Positions 10,197-21,888 of a stretch of DNA of 64,000 nucleotides are shown one piece after another; the first letter of the stretch is position 1, and each line of letters starts with the position of its first letter. Position numbers and translations under genes: made by a program. The stretch is from Camelus dromedarius (taxonomy: Eukaryota), in the NCBI RefSeq assembly GCF_036321535.1, contig NC_087436.1, positions 4,340,001 through 4,404,000 of the forward strand, read 5' to 3'. The notes beneath the pieces were generated by a model. It made no database searches. It worked only from the letters and a program-made list of their open reading frames with translations, and was not told the origin of the DNA.

Positions 10197-11699
10197 TTAA
10201 AGAAAACTTAAAACAGCAAAATAAAAGATGCCATAATCGATGTGAAACAAAAAAAGGAAAGTAAAGAAAAACCAAACACAAACATCTTCAGGGGAAGGGA
10301 AGTCAAGTTCGGGTGGGGGAGGGGACCGATGGTAGGATTTTGGAGAAGAAGGTGTGGGTGGGCGCAGAGGGGGCTCAGGCCCAAAGGCTGGTGATGCCTG
10401 GACTGGTTCTCCGTGGCCCAGCGGTCCAGGTGCAGGTGCAGGAGCTTCAGGAGCAGCACGAGCTGCAGGAGCAGCAGGAGGGAGCTCGGGGTCTCCTGCT
10501 GGATCCTGATGGTCCTGGTTTTGGTCTCTGGCATCTTCCCCTGCCCCCGCCTGCTGTGGACCTGTAACTGTTGGAAGTGGAGAGAGCTTTCAGTCTAGTG
10601 GAAGTGCTCATGCTGTAAGAGAGGAAAAATTTACCCACGTGCCTCCCTTTCCATGTGCCTCTTCAAGGACAGATATCTTCCCAGAGCTTTCCGAACAGCT
10701 CCCACCCAGCAAGTGCCCACAGGATGTGTTCTGTGACTGAATTCTTCCAGACAGATGGTCTGAGGCCAGTCTTTGCTCTGGTGCCAGCAGCAGCCTCTGG
10801 GGACGCCTCCCTGTGTGGCCCAGCCATCGGCCCTCCCTCACCTACGCACATGCACCAGCCCCGCCCTTCTCAACTTCGGGCTCTGCCTCGGTGGGCTCCT
10901 GGTCCTCCACCTGACTCCCAGGGAGGTGCTCCAGGTCAGAGCCGGGTCTGCTGAGCTGCCTGTCACCCGCGGGCAGGACCCTGGCGTGACGCCTGGGCTG
11001 TTTCGGGGTAGGAGGCCGTCGTGGTGGCGGGGACCCCTCCTTGTGCAGACTCACCTGGAGCTCGTGCTGGCTGTGAGAAGCGTGCAGCGGCCCCTCGCTC
11101 GGAGAGGCGGCGTGGGTGTCCTCACGCAGCGGCTCCTGCGGTGTCCGGCTCTGCAATGACAGTGACTGGCAGCCAGCCCGGCCCGGAGGTCTCAGAGCCC
11201 TGCCCAGCCAGGACCACGCCTGCTTCTGCCCGCTCGACCCTCTGCTGCCAGATCGGACTGGTACCTTGGTCAGCTCAGACGGCCACCTGGGAGGGAAGAG
11301 ACACAGCCAGAGGGCATGGGCTTCGACTCGGGCAGCAGGGCCCTGCCCGGCTCGCCACAGCCCAGCCCACCAGCTGGGACCCGGGGTGCGGACGTGACCG
11401 GCCCCCCAGGCCTCTGACCCTCTCGTGCTTGAGACAGGGCCCCCCCCGCCACCCCAACATGACTGCCCACCTCCAGCAGCGAGGAAGGGGATGTGGGGCT
11501 ACCCAGGTGGGGTCTGAGTGGTGGCCCGGCCTGGGCGGGCATGCCCCGGGCCTCCCTGGGTTACCTTTGGGTCCCTGTGGCCGAAAGGCCAGAGGCGCCT
11601 GGGGTGAGAGCTGACTCAGCGCCGGCACCGCTGGCCCAGCCCCTCGCCGCGGGCCTTCCAGGGGCTGCGGCCTCGGGGTTTTGGGACGCAGCAGAACAT
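10197..11699 (-). pseudogene. Four-exon RALGDS-derived / CDRT15-type gene, disabled
   Basis: Exon 1 (11699-11565): MFCCVPKPRG...QRCRR*VSSHPRRLWPFGHRDPK|GTAACC, compare CDRT15-type MFSCC...HPRRLWPF. Exon 2 (11150-11055): cattgcag|...CAG|GTGAGT. Region 10958-10874 reads QLSRPGSDLEHL..SQVEDQEPTEAEPE, compare RALGDS QLNMPGSDLERRAHLLLAQLEHSEPIEAEPE. The terminal exon (10567-10197) is Pro/Ala-rich, ends in a hydrophobic stretch, and its TAA overlaps AATAAA (10193-10198). Lesions: TGA at 11616-11618 and an exon 3 donor reading TTGAG. Confidence 0.8.
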
Positions 11700-12607
11700 G
11701 ACTGAGTTGAGCTGAGTTCACCAACCAAGTGAGCTGAGTAGGGGCTTCTCGACAGAGTGGGTGCCTGGTGACCTCGGTTCTAAGTTCTGTTGGGTTCTGT
11801 TGCCAGGGAAGCGAGGTCACTTCCTGGGGTCCCCTTCCCCAAGCTTCCTCCTTACACAAAGCTCCCCAAGGGCCTCTCTGGGCTGCCGACGGCTCACTTC
11901 CTACCCCATGCCATGTCCACACACAGTGACACCAACCCAGCCCCCTCCCCAGAACCCTGCGGAGGCCTGGATGCAGCCAGGCCCCCAGCTCTGAGGACGC
12001 AGCTGGGTTCAGGCCTGGCTCCCCCCACAGCAGTGCTGTCACCCTGGACAAGCCACCTGCCCCTCAGGGTCTCCCCAGTCCCCCATCGGCACAGTGGAGA
12101 TCATTCTGTCCCCTGTTTCCTGGAGAAGCCATCATGCCTTAGACACATAAACATCTACAGTCACCCCCCACAGGCTGGCATCACGGGGAGCTCGTGCACA
12201 GATTCAGCAAAGGAAGGGCCCCACATAAGGCTGGCAGAGCACAGAGCGCACCCCACACAGGCCATGGTCCGCCCTGAGCTCTGGGGAAAGTTGCCCTCCT
12301 TGCCGTCTTCTTCCCAGCTCCCTGTCAGGGGGTTGAAATTGAACACAACTCTGACACCGTCCGCTCGGGCATACAACCTCCTAGGTCATTCTGTCTTGTT
12401 CAGATTCAGGCCCAGTGTCCCATCTCGGCCTCTGGGGTGGGCTGCCCCACAATGGCTCCCTGCTTTTTTGCCTTCTAGACACATGTCCTTGTGTTATCTC
12501 CACACTCTCCCCTGCAGGGTCGATGGACATTGGGTCCAGGTTCTGACATGTAGACTGACTTACGAAAATGTGTGTGACTTCCACTCATTCCCAGCTCCAG
12601 CATTCAT

Positions 12608-12770
12608 TTTCTCTGTCTGTCTCTCAGTGCCTCTCTCTCTGTCTTGTCTCTCTCTCTCTCTCTCTGTTTCTGTCTCTCCCTCTGCCTCTCTTTGTTTCAG
12701 TCTGTCTGTTTCCTGTATGTATGTGTGTATATATTTATGTGTATTTGTTTGTATTTATGTGTGTGTATTG
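12608..12770. repeat. Degenerate (TC)n then (TG/TA)n simple repeat
   Basis: Read directly. Confidence 0.85.
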
Positions 12771-12855
12771 TTAGGACACAGGGAAGGTCATTTCTGAAAA
12801 TGCCTTGATGACATATTATTTTGAATTCATGTGACTGAAGGAAAAACCTCCATGA

Positions 12856-13530
12856 AAGCTGTGCAAGCACTTTGGTGGGATCAGCGCTAAGGACCAGTGC
12901 TGCTGGGGAAGGGGTGCGCCTGTGGCCCTTTGATGCGTCCTGCACCCTGTTCCCCTGGAGAGGAGCGTCCGTTTGCTCTTCCCTCCAGGGGACCTGCTGG
13001 GGCCTCTGCCTCCTCACATTGTCACCAGGGATGGTTGTCAGCAGGCTAAAGACCTGCCAGCATGATGGTGACCAGTGCTGTCCTGTACTGTGTCCGTCTG
13101 CCCGTGTCCTCACCCGAGAGGTCGAGCATCTCTAGCACACACTGGCCACCTGTGCTGCCTCTCGTTGAAACTGCCCGTGTGTGTGCGGTTTCTGTTGAGA
13201 ACACTGGGTTTCGAGAGGTTTTTGGACCACAGGGATGTGAAACCTTTCTCCAACCTTGGGTCATGAGGAACACATTTTCCAGGTTGTGGTTTGTCTTTCC
13301 AGCTGTTTTTCTGGGCTTTTACTTATTTTTTGATCTGCTTGGCTTTGGTTTTGCCACAGGAAGAGCTAAGCATCCCCCCTCTGTCTCCTGGCTGTGGTGT
13401 CACAGGGGGAACAGCAGCGTCTATCCCGAGATCATGCGCAGAGTTACTAAAAGGGCTTCATTTTGCACATCACATCTTTAATTCCCCTGGATTTCCCTTT
13501 CAAATAATAAAAATGCTGTTTTAATTAAAA
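12856..13530. repeat. Direct repeat copy B, paired with 9222-9897
   Basis: See copy A. Confidence 0.95.
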
Positions 13531-13564
13531 TAAAATATTCATCAGTCAGAAAAGACATTTGGAA

Positions 13565-16500
13565 TTATTTCAATGTTTTTCAATTTGTTAAGACTTGTTT
13601 TGCAGTCTGTAAGGTGATTTCCGCTGGAGAGTCCACGTGTGCCTGAGGGGCACGTGCGCCCTGCTGCTGTTGCATGCTCGGGGTACCGCTGTCTGGGCCG
13701 TTGGTTTGCAGTGCTGTTCTCCTCTGCTGCTGCCTTACTGATTTTCCTTTGGTTGCCCCATCCATTATTGAAAGGGGAATATTCAAGTCTCCTCCTATTA
13801 TTGTATGGCTTTCTATTTATCCCGTTAGATCTGCTTTATATATTTGGGAGCTCTGGTGTTGGGTGCGTATATATTTCTTGTATTAAAAATATTTTATACA
13901 ATTTTAAAGGTTCTTTTCCATTTACAGTTAGTAAAAAATATTGGCCATGTTCCGCATGTTGTTCAATACATCCTTGAACCTGTCTTAAAACCAGGTGTTT
14001 GTTCCTCCTGCTCTCCCATTGCAAAATTTCCCCTCCCGCCCCCTGATAACCATTTATTTGTTCTCTATATTTGTGAGTGTACTTCATTTTTGTTATATTC
14101 AGTAGTTTGTTTGTTTTTTAGGTTCCATATATAAGTGACACCATACAGCACTTGTCTCTGTCTGACTTAGTTCACTTAGCATGACGCCCTCCACGTCCAT
14201 CCATGTTGCTGCAAACGGCAACAGTTCTGCATATTTTATGACTGACTAGTGATTTATTTATACACACACACACACACACACGCACGCACAATTCACACAG
14301 TATCTTCTTTCCCTATTTATCTGTTGATGGACACTCAGATTGCTTCCGTATCTTGATTATTATAAATACTGTTGCTGTGGACATTGGGATTTTTAAATTA
14401 GTGGTTTCTTTTTTTTTTTTTTTCAGATATATACCAAAGAATGGAATGGGTGCTTGTATATTTATAATTGTTATATCTTCCTTTTAAATAAACCCTTTTA
14501 TCTTTATATAATTATCTTCTTTATCTCCTGTAGCATTTTCTTAAGTTTATTTTTTCCCCTAGAATTATAGCCACCCCTGCTCTCTTGCGGTTACCATTTG
14601 CATGACTACCTTTTTCTATCCCTTTACGTGCAAACTTTGGGTGTTCTTAAAGCCAAGGTGAGTCTCTTATGCACAGTGTACACTTGCAGCTTTTTGTTTT
14701 ATCCATTCAGTCACTCATTTTCTTTTAATTTGTGAGTTTAATCCATTTAAATTTAAAGTAATTATTAGTTGATTATTGTACTTATAGTTATTCTTAATAC
14801 AGTTGTCAACTAGGGTTAAAAGTGTTTACTGCACTACCATTACAGTGTTGCACTGTTCTGTATTTCTTGATATATTTACCCTTTCCAGTACAATTTATAC
14901 TTCCTTCTGCTTTTGTGTTGTTGCTTAGTGTCCTTTTGTTTGAACTTGACAACCCACCCCCTTAGCACTGCTTGTACAGCAGGTCTAGTGGTAAGAAACG
15001 CTCACATTTTGTTTGTCTGGGAAAGTCTCTCTCTCCTTCATTGCACAGGACAGTCTTGCCAGGTGTAGTATGCTTGGTTGGCAGATTATTTCTCTCAGTA
15101 TTTTTAAATATATCATCCTGCTCTCTCCTGGCCTTCAGGATTCTGCTAAAAAGTCTGCTGATGGTCTTAATGGAGTTTCATTGCATTTGATGAGTCATTT
15201 TTCTTTTGCTGTTCTGAAAATTCTCTTTTTAACTTTTGACAATTTAATTTTAATGTGCCTCGGTGTAGACCTCTTTTACATCCAAATTATTTGGAGTCTT
15301 TCGGGATCTATAAATCTAGAAGTAACTTTCCTACCCCTGATTTGGGAAAAATTTAGCCATTATTTCTTTAAATAAGCTTTCTTCTCCTTTCCCTTCTTCT
15401 TCTGAAACTCCCATTACCTATTGTTTATCGTGACTGTGCCCTGTAAGTCCTGTAGGCTTTGTTCACTCTTTTTCATTCCCTTTTACTTTTGCTCCTGTGA
15501 ACAGAGCACTTCAGACAACCTGTCTTCAAGTCTACTTGATTCTTCTGCTTGGTCACATCTGCTGTTGAAGCTCTCTACTGAATTTTTTGGTGAAGTCATT
15601 GCATTCTTTGCTCCAGAATTTGTGTTTGGGTTATTTTGTATGATTTCTGTTTCTTTGTTGAAATGTGCATTATGATCATGTATGAATTTTCTGTTTTGTC
15701 TGGTTGTCTATCTGCATTCTTTTATAGCTCAGTGAGCTTTTTTTAAGATGGTTATTTTGAAATCTTCGTCAGGCAATTAATAGATCTCTGTTTTGGGGGC
15801 TCTGATACTGGAACTTTGTTTTGTTTCTTTGGTGATACCATGTCCCCCTGACCCTGCATGATCCTTTCTCCTGTGCCGATGTCTGCACACTTGAAGAAGC
15901 AATCACCCCTCCCAGGCTTCACACACTGCCACTGGAAGGGGAAGACCTTCACCAGACAAGCCGGCTAGAAATTCTGGGGATTGATCAAACTTTTTCTATA
16001 GATATGTCCACTCTGCTCCCCTCACTTCTTTCTTGGGGAGATAGTTTTAGGACTGTATGCCTTGTCTTAATCCTACAGAGCTGTGTAAGGTGCTGAGAAC
16101 TACCTGCTCCTTTTCCCTAGGGGAGTGCCCTGCTAGGCCAGGGCTTTATGTGCAAGCACCACTTCCCTCCCTCCCTTCTGATGGGTATGTCTTAGAATTT
16201 TGTGTCCTTTCTCTATTCTACAGAGCTATGTTGAATGCCAAGAGTCACCTGCCCCTTTTCATATGGCAGTACACTGAGATGCCCAGACAATGGGTTCACC
16301 CCCACTCCATCCCTCCCTACTGAAGGGGCAGTCTCAGGGCTGTGCACCTTCTGCCGATCCTGCACAGTCAAGTTGTTGCTGAGAACTTCACTGGCTGCTG
16401 AGGCCTGTGTGTCTCTCTAGGAGTGTGGATATAATGGCCTGTGGGAAATTGTGGTTCTAGGGGTGTGTATGCAGGCTGCTATTAGCCTCCACCCATTTCT
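13565..16500 (-). mobile_element. Old L1M fragment (5' ORF2/ORF1 region) with a nested younger L1 3' end (~13880-14450)
   Basis: Antisense L1 hallmarks include ttgtctgggaaagtctctctctccttca and tgtgcctcggtgtagacctctt. The nested piece has ttccatatataagtgacaccatacag...ttcacttagcatga and a (CA)n tract. Confidence 0.75.
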
Positions 16501-19449
16501 TTGTTCCTAGATACCTACCTCTTGGATGATCAAATTGAAAAAAAAAAAAAAAAAAAAAAGGAGAATCACATCTCACCTAAGAACACTTCCTTAACAAACA
16601 CAAGGACAGAAATCAGATTCAGAGCAAAAATCAAAACCCATTTACACCATCAACCCTGCCACACGTATGTAAACCACCCCCTTGCAGCCCTCCAGACGGC
16701 CGCCTGGAGAAAATCCTCACCAAGAGCACAAATGGCCAGAGCCTTTGCCAGGACCGCGTGCTCATTTTCAGAACTTGGTCCAGTTGGTGACTGATATCCA
16801 CGGCTTAAGACAAGGTATTTTTGAGGCTTCCTCTGCTAAGAGCAACTGGGCTAAAAGGGAACTATGGGCTCTGAAAGAGAGAGAGAGCACACAGAGCCTC
16901 TGTGGGTGGATGTTTGAGAACACCCCAAAGGCACACACAGGTCTAAATATGGACACAGGGATCTGCTGATTGGCATCTTCATTGGAAATCTCCTCCATGA
17001 TAGAAAGAAGCAAATTCAAGACGTTGAGGTTGGATGGGCAGGTCGGCCTCTTGAACTTATCATTGAGGAGCATTTGTAATTCTCTGAAGAATTCAAAACA
17101 ACCATTCTTGCTTTACTAACCTCATCTATAGATAAACAGAAACATGGCTCTAGGGGGGTGATTCAAAGCCCACCCACCCTTCTTACTGACCTCAACACCT
17201 CCACCTGCTTCTCCTGCCAGGGCATTGGGGAAAGAACTCTCCTACACTCAAGAAAGAAGAAAACACTTAAATAGTAACTGCCCTACACCTCTGACACTAG
17301 GGAATATGCCCCAGAATTTCTCCCTTAAAAGGCTTACATCCTTCCTCAGGCCCTTGTGATGGCAAGAGCTGTGCTCTCCAGGTCCTGAGAAGCAGGCCTT
17401 TAAGCAAGAACATCCAAGGAAACATCTGTAACTTGAGGGTGCCTTGCTTTTAATTGTGCTTCATACCTCCTGTCATAAAATGGGAGACATTTCTTTCTTC
17501 ACCTGGTAAGTGCAATGAAAATCTCCTTCCCCATCACTCCCTCAACATCACAATGCTTTCTTCCTTTACACACCTGGCCATTGAAATAACTTAGTCCACT
17601 AATCACCACCTGAGACTGGAGAGGGAAAGGCTAATTATAGACTAACTGGATATTTTATCCACTCAGATTGGCTTTTAAGAAACATCAGGATGGCCACATG
17701 TTATTTCCAAAAAATCCTTTGTTTAGAATTTAGTCTGCAGCCTCCATAAATATTCACATACCAGGGTAAATCTCAATCTTGGGTCTTCTCCACAAAAATT
17801 AGTACAAACCTGTAGCTCTCACTAAGCAAGTAATCTTTCCTATTCCATCTGCCAGAAACACAATTCAGAGCCCACTATTTTATATAAACAGATGATTTTG
17901 TATGACTCAGTTTTACTGACTCATGGTTGAAATTTGGAAAGAAAGCTATTATATGTATTTGCATTTGTCTGTAAGATTATGTATGTCTTTTATTTCAGGG
18001 GGAAGGGGGGAGTCCACAATTAAGAACATAGAAGGGTAGGGGAAAGCCATTTTTCTTCCCCTACACATGCAATGAAATACTACTCAGAAATAGAAAGGAA
18101 TAAGCCATCACTCAATGCAACAACCATAGATGAACAGCACATGTATACTGCTGAGTGACAGGATTCAGTCTGCAGAGACCACACGCTGTATGGCTCAATT
18201 CATATGGTATTCTGGAACAGGCAAAACAGAGATGGTGAACAGTTCATGGGGTGGGGGCTGGAAATATTCCAGATGATACTGTAGATATGGACACCTGCCA
18301 CTATGCATTGGTCTAAACATATTTTTTTTTTACCCAACAAGTAAATCATAATGTATTCAAATTTAGTTCTTTTTTTTTTTTTTTATGATATCAGAGTGTC
18401 ACAGGATGGAACAGAGAATGTGACAAAGAGTCTAATTCATTTAGGAAGTACAAAAGAGATGTATGAAAAAACTCACTCTTGGTGGTGGGGCAGAATGCAC
18501 TTGACCTAATTATCTATGGAAATGGACAAAATCTGTAGAATAGATGCAAATTGTGCCATTTATAAATACTGGACTCTTAAGTTCTTTCCCACGGTGGTGG
18601 TAGCTGGCAATACGGAAACTACTCCATCTGTAGGCTGGAATGGAGCAAGCAATGAATTCCGTAAAGTATGAAAAGTTTGTAACAACTGGAAGGCCCAGAA
18701 GTTACAGGGTTATGACCTGCTGTATGGTCGTCATGGCCCTCAACATCTGGAGGGCCAGTGCCCTTCTCGGCAGGTTAAGAGGCTGTTAGGGAGGAGACTC
18801 TTTTCTCAACCACATGGATGTTGGTCATGTAAACATGCCACGGGACTGTCAGTACTGCCTGGGTCATTGTTCAATTGCCCCGCAGCATGGTCAGCTCAGT
18901 AATCGGCCATGAGGCTTGACAGGGCCCAGGCTGGCCTGAGCTGGGAAACCACAAGTGCCTGCCTAGATGGTCAGAGGTTAAGGGCTTCCTGTCTGAGACT
19001 TGATTTTCTATTGATGCCCACTCAGATGGGACAAATGATTCATCAGGTCCCAGGAGGGTCCCATAAGTCCTCAAGAAGGCAGCCCCTGAGGGCCAAGTGG
19101 TCCCTGCACCCAGTCCTCAATACACCCACACATGTCTTCTGAGTGCCCTGTGTCAGAGCTGTGCTGGACACTGGGATCCCTCGAGCAGAGTGGGGCCAGC
19201 AGCACCCTTCCCAGGTGGGAGGGAGGACAGAGAAACACCCTGCATGACTTCTGACACCCTTCAGAAACAGTCAGAAGGATAGACATTTCATTTTTCTCTC
19301 TGAGACCAGGACTTGGCGGGTTAGGGGAGAAAAACAATGACACAGCTCACTTATCTGATTCATGTGTGACCCTGGGAGAACGCTGTGCATCCTGGAGGCC
19401 TCAGAGAGGTGGACAGGGGGAAGGGGCATGCAGGTGGGTTATGCTTAGA

Positions 19450-19660
19450 CCTAACCCTTACCCAACCCCATAACCAAAACCCTAACCACCTAAACCTAAC
19501 AACTTGGACTTTTGACCTCAACTCTGACACCTAAACTCTAATCCCTGACCCTGACCCTTTGTAACCATCACCCTCTACCCTGACTCACCAATCCTGACCA
19601 TATCCTTAAACCCTGACCCCTAAACCCTGCCACGGACTAGGATCACAGACCTAAACCCTA
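19450..19660 (+). repeat. Degenerate telomere-like (CCCTAA/CCCTGA)n tract
   Basis: cctaacccttacccaacc...aaccctaaccacctaaacctaac...ccctgaccctgaccc...taaaccctgacccctaaaccctg. Confidence 0.7.
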
Positions 19661-19699
19661 GCAAATTGGCTACTGAGGGACGATTCCACAATCTCTAAA

Positions 19700-21888
19700 G
19701 TAAACTCAGTGAATGAGTCTTCACGACCAAAGCACAGGCATGAAAGAAAAAAAGAAAGAAAAAACCAAACAGATACATTGGATTTTCTCAGAGTTAAAAA
19801 CTTTATTGCATCAAAAATATTATCCAGTATGTGAAAAGACAGCCTACATATTGTAAAAAAATATTTGTACATTATATATCTAATGAGTCTGTTATCCAGA
19901 ATGTATCAAGAAACTCATCAACAAAAACACAGAAGACACAATTTTTCAGATGCACAAGGGACTTGACCAGACTCTTCTCCAGACAAGGCATACAGTGGTC
20001 AACAGGACATGAAAAGATGTCAAACATCAGTAGTCATGATGGAGATGCAAATTAGTACAATACAATTCCCATTCAAACACACTACAATTGTTGTAATGAA
20101 GAATAATTTAAAGAGAATGAATATTGGCAACAATGTAGAGCAAAAGGAACCTTTAAATACTGCTTGTGGAAATAAATGTAAAGTGGTGCAGCCTACAGGT
20201 ACAATACTTTGACATTCCCTCAAAAAGATAAATGTACAGTACTACATGGTTCAACAACTCCGCATCGAGTGATAGATGGCACAGAATTGGAAACAAGTGT
20301 TCAAGCAAAAAGTTGTACATGAGTATTCATAGCAGCGCTGTTCACAATAGCCAACAGGTAGAAACAATTGAAATGTCCATCAATGGGTAAATAAATGAGC
20401 AAAATGCAGGACATCCGTGAACTGCCATATTATTCTGTAATATGAATGAACAAAGTAAAATAATGTAGATGCTGGAGTCAACAATATGGCAGCTCCTCAA
20501 AAAGTTTAGCACAGAGTTCACATATGAGCTGTCAATTCCATTTAAGGCACGCACTCAAAATATTGGAAAGGAGGGGCTGGAACAGATGCATGTCCTCGCA
20601 TCATTCACAGTAACAAAGGTGGAAGCAACCCAAGTGTCCACTGATGAAGAAATGAATAAATGGAATGCGGTATTTATACACAAGGGAATGCCATTCAGCC
20701 TTGAAAACTAAGGGGATTCTGACACTTGCTACAAGGTGCATGAACTTACTGAAGTAACTGTGCTAAGTGAAATCAGTCAGTCATAGAAAGACATGTTCTA
20801 TGATTCCGCGTACATAAGGCTGCAGATGAGTCAGACAGAAAGAATGTGGTTGTGAGGAACTGAGAGGAGTCAGTGTTGAATGGATACAATTTCAGTTGGG
20901 GAAAATGAAAAAGTTTGGGAGGTGGGCAATGAGAACTTTATTTTATAACACGGTAGGTGTAGTTAATGCCACAGAACTGTATATATAAGAAGGTTGAAGT
21001 GGTAAGTGTCATGTGTTTTTAATCAAAGTAGAAAAAAATAAAGTCCTGTTACTTGTTACAAGGTGATGAACACTGACCACCTCCTCAGGGAAAGACGCCA
21101 TTCAGGAAAGGCCACCCAGGTCACATGCTCCTCTTTTGCTTGAAATCCATCAAAGGTATGACTTGAGGGAAAGTCCCAGTCAGGGTTTCAGAGAAAGAAC
21201 ACTGGATCAGAATGGAAAGAGACATTTCCATAGATTTGGGGCAGCTGATGATAGAAGAAATGGACCTGTGGGGTGGATTATTGTAAGAAATTAGAAGAAT
21301 CATCACTTAGGGGTTATGTGCTGGTTCCCTGGGAGAGTGTCCCTCTTTGGGGTAAAACACACCAGAGTACTTTGCATGAGGTGGCCAACGTGAGTACTGT
21401 GCACCGCTATTGAAAACTGTCTATAGATTTGAAATTACTGGAAAATAAATTCCTTTTCCAAACAGCCATATCAATAAAAGGACAGAAAAGTAGAAAAGAT
21501 ATGAACTTGGTTACAGAGGCCAAGCCCTACCCAGCCTCTGCTCACCCAGTCTGGTGATGCTCATCACCCTTGAAGGAATCCACGTGGTTTTGAAGAGGCC
21601 CTGTGGGAAGATTGTACCAACAGCCACTATGTCTTGGGTGTTGTGGATGACCTGGGTGTGGTAGAAACAGTGGTGTTTCTAATTCCTGGTTGTTTTTTGT
21701 TTGTTTGTTTGTTTGTTTGTTTGTTTTGCATCAAACCACCAAAAAAAGATTGTTAGGACTAATAAATGAACTCAGTCAAGCTGCAGGATACAAAATCAAT
21801 ACACAAATTCACTTGTGTTCGTATACGCTAATAATGAGCCATCAGGGAGAGAAATTAAGAAAACAGTTCCATTTACAATAACATCGAA
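19700..21888 (+). repeat. Old L1M composite, copy 1 of an ancient tandem duplication (partner 23170-25250)
   Basis: Both copies have the same order of L1 fragments and the same junctions. Anchor ggccacccaggtca is at 21110 and 24486. Confidence 0.8.

Noticed and set aside
10447..10611. Short Cys-rich ORF MSTSTRLK...SCCSCSSCCS
   Set aside because: It is an alternative frame of the Pro/Ala-rich terminal exon. The Cys run comes from GCTCCT-type repeats.
11265..11286. 22-nt micro-exon with a good acceptor inside the RALGDS-like gene
   Set aside because: Including it adds a stop and shifts the frame, and its donor (GTACCA) is weak. Left out of the model.
11790..12797. Longest ORF in the track (335 aa)
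   Set aside because: It has a non-ATG start, runs through TC/TG simple repeats, has no homology I can recognise, and lies opposite the upstream region of the minus-strand gene.
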